Shown in pieces: positions 24,901-37,700 of a stretch of 64,000 bases of DNA. The stretch is from Octopus sinensis (lineage: Eukaryota). The notes below the pieces were generated by a model. That model was not told the DNA's origin, made no database searches, and worked only from the letters and a program-made list of their open reading frames with translations. The translations under genes and the position numbers were made by a program. Location: positions 930,001-994,000 of the forward strand of contig NC_043005.1 in assembly GCF_006345805.1 (NCBI RefSeq). The letters run 5' to 3'. Within the stretch, counting starts at the first letter, position 1. The number at the start of each line of letters is the position of its first letter.

Positions 24901-27375
24901 CAAGCCAAACCGAACTGGTCTCTTAACATTATGCATATGTTCAATAGTCATCAAAAGCTGGCGGTTTGTTGTTCAGTTTTGCTGTCTTTCATTTGTTATA
25001 GTGAAATTAATCTTGTCTTACACTAATGTCTGATCTGTTGCTTATGCATTTCTGGTCCTTAGTGACCATCTTTGTCTATCATGTGTCTTCCTTCAGAGGT
25101 GACAAAATAGGGGCACCATTAGTTTATTTGGGGAAAATATACCAATAATTCATCACAAATATGTGCACTCTTAAATCAAGAGTATAGCAGTGCCTTTTCT
25201 CAGCCTATAGTTAACAATATACTTCATAAGCCAACCAAATTCTTTAACCTCCAGAAGTCGGCTGCAGAGACACATCTTAAAATTAATGACATTATAGAAG
25301 ATGATTTACTTAAAGCTATTAATGACCTAGATTCAAACCCAGCATCCAGACCAGGAGGTCTCCCAGCCATATTGTTAAAAATGTGCAAAACCAGCCTCAC
25401 AAAACCATTAAAGATACTATTCCAAAAGTCATTTGATACAGCATATTTCTAAAACTACTGAAAGACACAATAGTAACACCTGTACATAAAGGAGGTAACA
25501 GGGCTGAAGCCAAAAACTACAGACCGGCTTCTCTCGTCTCATACATCTAAAGTTATCAGATGCATTGTCCGGAAAAGTATAATTACATACCTTGAAGGAA
25601 ACATCCTCTTTGATGACACACAGCTTGGTTTTCAAACTTGACAAAGCTGTCTGTCACAACTATTACAGCACCATAACACTATTCTCAATAATATTTTGAG
25701 AGGAAAGAACACTGGCTGCGTATACCTAGATTTTGCTCTGGTCTTTGACAAAATTGATCATGGAATCATCTGTCATAAGTTAAAGGATTTTGGTATTGGA
25801 GGAAAACTTGGAGAATGGCTCTTTGACTTCCTACTTGGTAGGAGTCAATCTGTTGCTGTAAATAGTTTTCTCTCTGCTAAGTTACCTGTAATAAATGTCA
25901 TACCTCAGGAAACGGTTCTAGGACCATTATCATTTGTCATCACCATAGGATCACTAGTGCATTCAATCCAACCTAATGAGTTGTGCTGATGACACAAAAA
26001 TATTGATGGCTATCCAAACTCCAGATGCTGTCACACTCCAAAATGAGCTAAACATCATTTATCAATTGGCAAATGAAATCCATCAAAATTTCAAGTTCTT
26101 CATTATTGGGGGAGGGGGGACGCACACTGATCACACAATATTCGACACCAGGTAACACAATGATTCAATGCACCAGTGACATACAAGACTCAGGAGTAAT
26201 CATATCAAGTGATACATCTGTGAACTGACCTCAAAATGCAGACATAGGGATGGATCCTATGAACCTTTGTGACAAGAAAACTGGTAGTTATGCTAATTAT
26301 ATGGAAAACCTTAGTTCTGAGCAGATTAAATTACTGCTCACAGCTTAGGTCTCCAAACTTATCTGGTCTCATAGAAGAAATTGAAGTGTTACAAAGAATG
26401 TTCACCAGTAAAATATCTTTGGTTAAAAGCCTTAATTACTGGAAATGCCTAAAAGAGATCTTTAATGCATGAACCGGTAGATACTGTCAGCTTCCAAATA
26501 TATCATCTTTGAAATCATGAACAAAAACTATTGTACCATTCTTATATGTAGAGGTCCTCAACTGTTCAGCTGCTTACCTAAAGAAATCAGAAATATAAAA
26601 AGAATCTCTACTGAAACTGAAAACAAAAAACTAGAAACTTCCTAACAACAATTGTGGGCCAGCCAAGCATTCAAGGATACACTCAGGGAAGATCAACTAC
26701 TACAAGCTCAATCATTGACCAACTTCCTGCCATAAAGTGAAAAGAAAAACGATAGAAAATAAGTTAAGGCAGTGCTCCTGCATGGCTGTAGTCCTCTGAC
26801 TGAAACCATTAAAAGAATAGGGTCACATTACAAGTTTTATAGAAAATTATTATTATAACCAATTCTTTTGTTTATTTAAAAGTTTTCTTGGATCTGATTA
26901 AAGTTTTCTTTTTTTTTTTTTTCTGACATGAATTTACCTCTCCTCATCACATAAGATTTCTATCTGATGTCTTCATGCACAACATTTCTGATTGTTTTTT
27001 TCACTGACACACGATATTTTTTTGCAATTGACCTTCATTGATTTTCCCGGATTGTCTTCAATGTTTTGCTTAACTTCCTGAATAAATTCAGGTGTCCTGA
27101 TAGAATCAGAGCGTTTGGAATGTGTTTTACGTTTCTCTAACTCACACTGACTCTTTCAGCCAAAAGATCTTGCAACTTTCAGAAAACAAGAAATTTTCTA
27201 AATCACCCTGCTTAGCCTTTAAATGAAAAGGCTTAGCATTGCTTTTCATTTCAATAGGAAGCAAAGGGCCTGACATTGTTATTTTCTGAAATAGAAGTTC
27301 AATAAAAAAAGTTGTCAAATAAAATAACGACTAAAAATACATGTGTCCTCAAATACCGTCTGCACCCTGTGTGTG

Positions 27376-27457
<82 letters not shown>

Positions 27458-27675
27458 TGTGTATATACACGCACACACACATATATGTGTATATATATAT
27501 ATATGTATTTATGTATATGTATATGTGTATATGTATTTATGTATATGTATATGTGTATATGTATTTATGTATATATATATATATGTATATCTATATGTAT
27601 ATATATATATATGTATATGTGTATATGTATATGTATATGTGTATATGTATTTATGTATATATATATATGTATATC

Positions 27676-27707
<32 letters not shown>

Positions 27708-27713
27708 TGTATA

Positions 27714-27767
<54 letters not shown>

Positions 27768-30700
27768 ATAATAACAATAATAATAAAACTAATTTTAATT
27801 TTAAGTTGGATTCTAGGCATAATATTGACAATATTAAAGGTAGAAAGCATATGGGATGGAAGAGAAATAGGGTTTCTGCCAAAAATAACAATTTGATAGG
27901 TAACCCACATAGTGATAATGATGCACTATGGCTAATAATCCCATATGCAATGCAGATTATAACAGATATAGTTAGAACAATACATAACTTACTATATAGG
28001 CACTTTGTTAAGGGTAAGAATAAATTTGGCCCAATAATTAACAATAAAACTATTAGAATAGGATATAGCATTACGCATAATTTAGCCACCATCATTTCCT
28101 CCTTTAATAACAGGAAATTAGATTGCTTCTATAATGATAGAAAGATAAATTTGGGTAGTAGTAATTTGCCTCTCTATAACCGTAGAGGCAATAAATCTAT
28201 TAGTGCGAACGTGAGCAACCCTCACGCTGGTTATAATAGTACTACACCTGTAACGACAAATATTAATCTAATGGATGATACTGCTATCTGCAATAGCAAT
28301 CCTATTGATAAGAATATCGCCAATAATATTAAACATAAACTCTCGTTAAATTTAAGATTAGGTAGTGGAAATAGGTGTAATATTATTAATAGGAATAGGG
28401 ATACAGGGAATTTTGCCAAGGTTAAATTTCCTCAATCTGTTAATAGCTGCAATTGCAGAAACAGGAATCAATGTGTGTTTAGTAATGAATGCCTGAGGAA
28501 AGAGGCAGTTTATCAATGCACTGTAAATACACAATATAACAGTAGGGTGTACATTGGTGCGACTAAAAATAGTATGAAACAACGGCTAAACTATCATAGA
28601 TATACTTTTAAAAATAAAAATAGGATGAATTCTACGGGGTTAAGTACGTATATTTGGAAACTCAAGAGTAAGAACATAGATTTTAAGTTAAATTGGGAAA
28701 TACTAACTTCTGCACCTGTATACAATAGTAAAAATAAAAAATGCTCTTTATGTATCAATGAAATTTTCTTCATCATCAAAGCTGGCCTACCCATTATTAA
28801 TAATATTAACGAGCGGAATTTTTTTGCCTTCACAAACTAGCGTATACTTTCTCTAGATTTAAATAGCACCTATTTTTTCTACCAGTAATCCTTTAACATT
28901 CCTCTATATAGGATTGTACTATTGGTTTTTATAATTTATAATTTTGTATCTCCATATATATGTTCTATATTGATTGTTTTTGTCTCGGCCTGAAAAATAT
29001 ACTGAAATATATATGTATTTTGATATATACATGATATTCTGATCTTCACGGAGTTTTCCATGGGTGTAGGGTGTATATGTGCATCATATTTTAGGGCGCT
29101 GGTTTGGGATTTTGTTATACCAATATGTAACAAATGTGGGTCTATATTTAGTATATGTTGTTTATTTTGGATGAGCATATAAGTTTTTGCATGTATTTGT
29201 TTGGCAGCCATACATATTAAGTTTATCTTTGTACTCATCTTAATTTGTATTTTATTTTATTTATCCATATATAGATATATATAATAAACCTTTACATAAA
29301 TAAATAACGTGAAATACACGAAGGGACGAACAAAAAGACAAACGGGTCATTCAAAGCCTTTGTTCTTCAGTCAGAAACTGATTCCTTATTTTTTATTTAT
29401 TTATTAAAAAAAATTTTTTTTATTTGTTTATTTATTTATTTTATTTTATTTTTTAAGTAATAGCACTTATTAACTTATAATTAATTTACTTATATCTTAA
29501 TTAATAGTAATTTCTGTTAACTTATTGTGTATGTATTTATACGTCCTTTGATGGGCAGACATATATTTTGTAATTTAGTAAATATATGTGGATATGTCGA
29601 AATGTGTTAATATGTATATGTATGTGTATATATGTTTTTGTATGTATATGTATATTCATGGGTGGATATATGTGTATATGTTTTTCTTATACATATGAGT
29701 ACACAAATGCATATTTAAATATGTATATACGTATATGCGAATGTTTGCAGATACAGTGCATGCGAGTGTATAAATGTTTATGGATATGTGCGGATGTGTG
29801 TGTGTGTATATATATGTTGGTATAGTTTTCCCATGCCTGTGCTGGTTTATTAGTGAAAGTTTGAATAGAAACACAGTAGAAATTGTAACGATATAGAAGT
29901 TTCAGTGGCAAGATAATTTGTTTACGAAATATACGGTGTTTTTAATTATGTATCTTATGCTAATAACGTACATCGACTGGGTATAGATGTCTGTGTGCTT
30001 GCATGTATGCATTTTTATGGATATATGTGAGTAGATTTGTATGTAAGCATGTGTGTGTATGTGTGTGGGCTGGTATCTCTTATGTTGTGATTTGTCTGTG
30101 TTTATGTGCGTGTGGGCGCACGTTTGCAAGTGTGCGTGTGTGGATGTTTCTTAACAAACCAACCGTAAAGAAGACAATTGTAATTTAAATTTAAATGTAC
30201 AAGCCAATCATATTTTAGCGTTCGATTCTTACTATTTCTGAACGTAATACTGTATTTGTGTCGCAGTTGAAATTATAAATTTGCACTCGTATGTACATCT
30301 GTACACCTGTGGAACTTAATATCATGTAAACCGAATGCTTTTATTTCTCATTTTGTATGTATATGCAGATATTTAATGCTTTGCATGGTACTGTAGTACT
30401 ATTGTGGTCCGTAGTTTTGCTATTATATTGCTAATAATGTGATCTAAATATTGTTTTGCTAGTATTAGTGTTATTAATAATAAGAATAATGATATTGGTA
30501 GCATTAGTGATAATGATAACAGTAATGATGTTAACATTAATGACATTTTGTAAATTAATATAGATTAATATAATATACTCTTGACTCTGTATATCTGCAT
30601 TTGGGTATTAATATGTATATGTTTTCTACATTGTAATATCATAATATTAAGTTGAAAAACTGTAACATTGAATATGGAACATATGTATGTTTATTGATTT

Positions 30701-31739
30701 ATATTTTTATTCTTTTATTCTTTTACTTGTTTCAGTCATTTGACTGCGGCCATGCTGGAGCACTGCCTTTAGTCGAGCAAATCGACCCCAGGACTTATTC
30801 TTTGTAAGCCCAGTACTTATTCTATCGGTCTCTTTTGCCGAACCGCTAAGTGACGGGGACATAAACACACCAGCATCGGTTGTCAAGCAATGCTAGGGGG
30901 ACAAACACAGACATACACACACACACATATATATATACATATATACGACAGGCTTCTTTCAGTTTCCGTCTACCAAATCCACTCACAAGGCATTGGTCGG
31001 CCTGGGGCTATAGCAGAAGATACTTGCCCAAGATGCCACGCAGTGGGACTGAACCCGGAACCATGCGGTTGGTTAGCAAGCTACTTACCACACAGCCACT
31101 CCTGCGCCTTTATTATTTATATTATTATGTATATGTATAGGAGTATGAGTATATGCACTCATATGTATGTGTATATAATATATTATGGGTATGTACCCAC
31201 ACCTATATAAGTGTGTATGTAATCTGATTTGTATCACATAATCTCCGAAGAGGCCTTAGGATATTTTTGTAAATGTCTCATTTATAACTACATATTGACC
31301 TATCACACATGGCTAATATAAGTAAAATGAGACACCCTCATCTGCATGGCCAAAACAGCTGTAAGATGTAGTTTATATTTATTTATATTCTCTTATACAT
31401 ATTGTACTTATTGTATCATATTACTCCTTCATGTACACTGTTTTGTTCTATATTATTATGTTTGACCTTAAAGTTTCTTATGTAGTGGTTTAATAAAGTA
31501 TGTGATTGGGTATTATCTGGTAGTTGATATTTGATTTAGATGTATTTCTCCATTTTCTTATTTTGTATTAGTAATTTGTGGTAAAACATTTTACCTTTGC
31601 CCATATAATACAGTGAATGAATTGACTGCATCGCAATCCTTAACATTTATGTATTAACTTTGTTGGGTACTTCACTGGCAGTAGATTGGATATATGTTAT
31701 CCCATGGAGGGTTGCATTTACAGCCCCTATCTCAATTTG

Positions 31740-31787
<48 letters not shown>

Positions 31788-34700
31788 GTGTGTGTGCTGT
31801 TTGCTTTTTAGCTAGTTCACCTTCTGCAATCATACTTAAGCCAGGTTTTTCTTTTATTTGATATTTACTTATGAGTATTTTTTTTTAGACGGATTCCCTT
31901 TTCATTTGATGGGAGTACATTACTTCATTTTCCAATATTTTAAGGACACATTTATTACCCTACACTGTTAGTATAAAGGGAAGAATAGTTGATTCTCTGG
32001 TCTGAAAGCTTGCAACAGAGTGAAGTTTGTTGAAAATAGTCAAGTGGCCAACAATGAACTCAGACAAGCAATAATGAAGTTATGTCTGTATGTAATGTGC
32101 TTAGGGTTTTTATTTTTTAGAAATCAGAAAAATTCATGGCGTTTTTTCCATTTCTAATGTTTTTTTTTTTTCTGCCTTTCAGGAACCCAATTTGTCTTAC
32201 CTTACCAAGTGTCCTGAAAGGCCCCCAATTCGTGTATTGTCATTGTTTGATGGTATTGGAACAGGTAATATACATCCTAAATTTTCACCAGTTACTCTTA
32301 TCATACTGGCAAGGCATGGCTGCATGGTTGAGAAATTTACTTCTCAGTATTTAACAGTGTAACATGAAAACAAATATACTGCTGCACAGGATGTTCAGGC
32401 TAAATTTGATGATTTTCTATCTCCATTATTTTTTCAAAAACAGCTTGATGTATTAGTGAAGAGTGTCAACAGTGTTAAGAGTGCATAAAGATTAAAGTTA
32501 GCTGACATAGAGGACTGGAAGCCATCTGCATATTGGAAAAGAGTTAGCTGTATCGTGATTCATGCTGGGAATCAAAATGCCATGTGAACACTGTAAAGGT
32601 TGCACGGCATGACATTGGACATCATGAAAGCAAGTTTCCTCAAACTGTGTCGGTCCTTGAGAATGTCTCCAGTGATATCATGCCACCCAACACTTTTGAA
32701 CAGGACCTTACACACAATTCGGCTGGCTATGTGATGTGGCTGGAGAGATTTGCTGCTGGAAGGACATATGTATAGCAGCAACATTCAACTTCTTGACATA
32801 CCTCCATACAGAGTCGGAGAATTTACCAGCTCCAATTTTTGGCTTTATAATTCTCCCATTTGTAATCCCATGGATTACTACATGTGGGGTGCAGTTGAGA
32901 AAAAACACCAACCACTCTGCCTGTAACACCAAGACTGACTTGGTGGTCAAGATGGAGGAGGTGTTCAAAGATCTCCCCTGGGACATAGTGAGGAATGCAT
33001 ACATCGTGTACCAAAGCTGTCTTGAGGCCGTGGTAGAAGCTGAGGGCAGTTACTTTGAATAATCTTATCTCCCAGCCATAATCTAGTTGATATTTTAAGC
33101 ACATTTGTTTTCCTTTCCTTTTATACAAACTGTCACATTTAGCCCAAACATCCTGTATGTTTGGAAATGCTAAAGGTTGATTGGCTCCTGTGGCATGTAA
33201 AAAACACCATCTGAGTGTGATCGATGTCAGGCCCGCCTGACTGACCCCCTTGCTGGTGGCACATAAAAAGTCCTACTGCATTCTCGGAGTGGTTGGCATT
33301 AGGAAGGGCATCCAGCTGTAGAAACCTTGCCAGATCAGATTGGAGCCTGGTGCAACCACTGGCTCTCCAGATGTCAGTCAATCCGTCCAACCCATGCCAG
33401 CATGGAAAACGGGCATTAAACACTGATGATGATAAAAAACAGTTACATTCAGTAGAGATATGGTATTTCAAACATTTTCCTTTTCAGAAGAACTTGATTT
33501 TTTTTGTCCAGGGAATCAGAAAACTAATTTTGAAGTGGGAAAAACTGTTGTTGCTGATGATGGCAACTATATTTTGAACGGATGTTTTATGCTGATCTGA
33601 ACTCGTTACTTTCTGACATCCCTAATATACAGGTGTGTGTCCCTAATATACAGGTGTGTGTATGTACCTCCTTATCTCGACATTGCATGATGTAATTCGG
33701 GCCGTGACTGCTGAGGACATGCGTAAGCTCGCAAGGAATGAAGCCAGTATGCTCCGATGAATATGTAATGTTAGTGTGCATACTCAACAGAGTGTTAGTA
33801 CCTTGAGAGAAAAGTTGGACCTAAGAAGCATTAGATGTGGTGTGCAAGAGAGACGACTGTGCTGGTATGGCCATGTGGCGAGAATGGATGAGGATAGCTG
33901 TGTGAAAAAGTGTCACACCCTAGCAGTTGAGGGAACCTGTGGAAGAAGTAGACCCAGGAAGACCTGGGATGAAGTGGTGAAGCATGACCTTCGAACATTG
34001 GGCCTCACCGAGTCAATGGCTAGTGATCAGGACCTTTGGAAATATGCTGTGCTGGAGAAGACTCGGCAGGCTCAAATGAGACCATAACCTTGTGGTCTAT
34101 GCCAGGGGTGTAACCAGCCCACTTATGCATACTTTTCCTTCATTGGACACTAAACTCTGCTTGCGAAGACCTGTTGAGGCAGGTGAAATCGAAATAAAAT
34201 TCGATGACTGGCATCCGTGCTAGTGGAGCGGTAAGAGCCCCATCCGAGTGTGATCGTTGCCAGAGCAACAAACTGGCTTCTGTGCCAATGGCACATAAAA
34301 AGCACCATTCAGGCGTGATCATTACCTGTGTTGCCTACTAGCACTTGTGCTGGTGGCACATGAAAAAACATTCGAACGAGGTCGTTGCCAGAGCCGCTGG
34401 ACTGGCTCCTCTGCAGGTGGCACATAAAAAGAACCATTTGAGTGTGGCCACTGCCAGTACCGCCTGACTGGCCCTCGTGCTGGTGGCACGTAAAAGCACC
34501 CACTACACTCTCAGAGTGGTTGGCGTTAGGAAGGGCATCCAGCTGTAGAAACACTACCCGATCAAGATTGAAGCCTGGTGCAGCCATCTGGTTCGCCAGC
34601 CCTCAGTCAAAATCGTCCAACCAATGCTAGCATGGAAAGAGGATGTTAAACGATGATGATGATGATGATGATGTAATATTCTGCTAAAACATGTCAGAAA

Positions 34701-37700
34701 TGTTGTTTGTAATTAGAAGAAAATGTTTTCTAATTTCTATTGTTGAATGTGAAACAATTTTCATTATCTTATTTTCCAGGTAAGGTTGCCCTTGATCAAC
34801 TTGGACTTACCATCAAGGAGTATTTCTCTAGTGAAGTTGATGCTGATGCTCTGATTGTAAAACGGTTTACTTATGGCCAGAGCATCAAAGAAATTGGTGA
34901 CATTACTGAACTTACAGAAGTAAAGGTAACTTGCAGTTCACGCTTGTTGTTAGATAAGTGAATTTTTTTTTAAAGTATTTAGAAAAATACCATATCAAAT
35001 ATGGTAGAAGCTGGTGATTCAGTTCCAGATGTTTTGTTTAGTCAAATTAATGCTTGCTCAAGGTGGTGATCGGGCAGAGACGTTCACCAGGCAAAATGCT
35101 TAGCAACATTTCATCTATCTTTGCATTCTAAGTTCAAATTCTGCTGAGGTTAACCTCATCTTTCATCCTTTTGGGGGGTCAATGTAATTGACTTACCTCC
35201 TTCCCCAAAATTACTGGCCTTGTGCCATAAAATGAAATTTATACTTGTCCAATCAACAATAAAGTATTAAGAAAACTGGTTAGGAAATATTTACAAATAT
35301 TTGGTCTAGATGGCTGGTGATTGATTGATTGATTGATTGATTCTAGTTTCAGATTTGGCTTTCACAAAAAGTTGAGATGAGAAAGATATTTGATAAGATA
35401 TAAATTGTTAGATTTAAAATTAGAATTTATTATTTGTATTTTTTTTTTTTTTAAACTTTGAAAGTAAGTTTCTTCTGTTGTCAGGTAAGCGAGTATTGTC
35501 TGCCTCAGTTCACTTAGCTAAACACTGTGGTAAACTTGCATTCTATCTCATCCACTCACTACTACAGAAACCAAGAATTAAATACCTGCAAAGAAAACTC
35601 AAGATCTGTTGAAGAATTAATTTCAGAGAAATGCTGTGTCATATTCTTATGTGATGGAGATGTTTGTGAGTAGGACGACATGTCCAAGAATGTTTGTAGT
35701 GTCTTGTGTGGCAGAATTGAAAGACTGACATGTTAGCATTTGAATATCAAAAAAATTTCAGAACATTTGTTTAAGCCTTAATTCTATTTCTTTTTTCTTC
35801 TTTATGTCAGCTGTCAGAACTGTGTCCCTTGGATTTGGTCATAGGTGGATCTCCTTGTAATGATTTGTCTTTGGTTAATCCTGCTCGCAAAGGATTCTCT
35901 GAAGGTATAGTTTACATACTCTGTATATATTGCTATTGTTAAGTACCCAACCAGTATGTACGTGATTGCACACACGCACACACATATAATCATCATCATT
36001 TAATGTTTGCTTTCCATAGTGGCATGGGTTAAACGGTTTGACTGGAACTGGTATGGCAGAGGGCTGCACCAGGTTCCAGTCTGATTTGGCATGGTTTCTA
36101 TGGCTGGATGCCCTTCCTAATGCCAACCACTCCTAGAGTGTAACAGGTGCTTTCTATGTGCCACCAGCATGGGTGCCATTTACTTGACATTGACAATGAA
36201 GACTACAATTTCACTTAGTTTGACCAAGTTTTCCCAAGCACAACATCCCCAAAGGTCTTGGTTACTTGTCATCACCTCTGTTGTGCCTAACATTCAAACA
36301 TCATGCTTCACCACCTCATCTCATGTCTTCCTGGGTCTACCTTTTCCGCTGGTTCCCTCCACAGTTAGAGCTCAGCACTTCTTTAAACAGCTACCTTCTT
36401 CATCCATGTGCATCACACAACCATGCCAGTGCATTCATCTCTCTTGCACACCACATCTAATGCCTCTTATGTCCCATTTATGCTGTCATATGTGCTCACT
36501 GATATTGCACATCCAGCGAAACATACAGGCTTCATTTCTTTCAAGCTTTTGAATGTCCTCTGCAGCCACAGCCCATGTTTCACTACTGTGGGGCACAGCT
36601 GTTTACACACAGGCATTATACAATCTGCCTTTCATTCTGAAGGAGAGGCTGTTTGTTACCAACAGAAGTAGATGCTCTCTGGGCTTTGCTCAGCTCATTC
36701 TTATTTTAGCATCTACACTCTTGGAGCATCCATCTCCACTACTGACTTGGTTACCTTGATAATGGAAGCTATCAACTACTTCTAGGTATCCTTAAGGCAT
36801 TTGATGGAGTCTTATTTTCTGTACATTTCTGATGCTGCTACACCAGTCATTGGGTATGACTACCACGCATCACAGGACCATACCAGCACAATCGTCCCTC
36901 TTGCACACCATATCTGATGCCTGTTATGTCCAGCTTTTCTCTCACGATGCTTACACTGTCATACATGCACACTCACATTGCACATCCAGCAAAGCACACT
37001 AATTTCATTGCTTTCAAGTCTACGCATGTCCTGTGCAGCCACAGTCCCTGCTTCACTGCTGTTAACATACAAGCATCATACAGTTTGCCTTTCACACTGA
37101 GGGAGAGACCCTTTGTTGCCAACAGAAGTAGGAGCTCTCTGAACGTTGCCTAGCCTATTCTTATTCTAGCAGCTACACTCTCAGAACATCCACCACTACT
37201 ACTGACCTGGCCACCGAGATAACAGAAGCTATCAACTACTTTTAGGTAACCCACCCCCCTGGCATTTGATGGAGATATTGCTGCACCTCTTATGTATCCA
37301 TAGCTTACTCTGCATATATCTTATGGAATTTCTACCTATGCCTTTTCTACAGATTGAGCAGGGCCATCTACCTGAGGGGATTTGTGGTTTGTCTGCTTTC
37401 CTACTTATTAAGACTTTGGTTTTTACTAGGTTATCTCTAAGGCCTATAATTACTAGACTCCTGAAACTTCTCTAGTTCTGGTAGTGATTCAGCAATAAGA
37501 ACGAGATCATCAGCATAGAGGAGTTCCCAGGGGCAGCCCGTTTTAAATTCCTCTGTTACTGCTGGAGGACCATGATGAACACGAGGGGATGAGGACTGAT
37601 CTTTGGTGAACCCCTATTTGTACCCTGAATTCTTTGCTATACTCATTGCCAACCTTCACCTTACAGACAACATCCCTGTACATGGCTTGTACAGCTCTCG

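Noticed and set aside
27312-27910. ORFs and the N-terminal 140 aa of the 499-aa ORF
   Set aside because: Microsatellite read-through; only 27767-28840 is Penelope-derived.
29340-29385. CTGAAGA on the - strand followed by a small hairpin (hammerhead candidate)
   Set aside because: No GAAA, helix III or helix I closure at the required positions.
31040-31109. Possible tRNA gene
   Set aside because: A/B boxes only, no full cloverleaf, and it continues into a SINE body and tail.
34250-34510. Repeated gcac(a/g)taaaaagcacca units with variable spacers, superficially CRISPR-like
   Set aside because: Degenerate internal tandem repeats of the RTE 3' UTR, seen in many copies; eukaryotic context and no cas genes.
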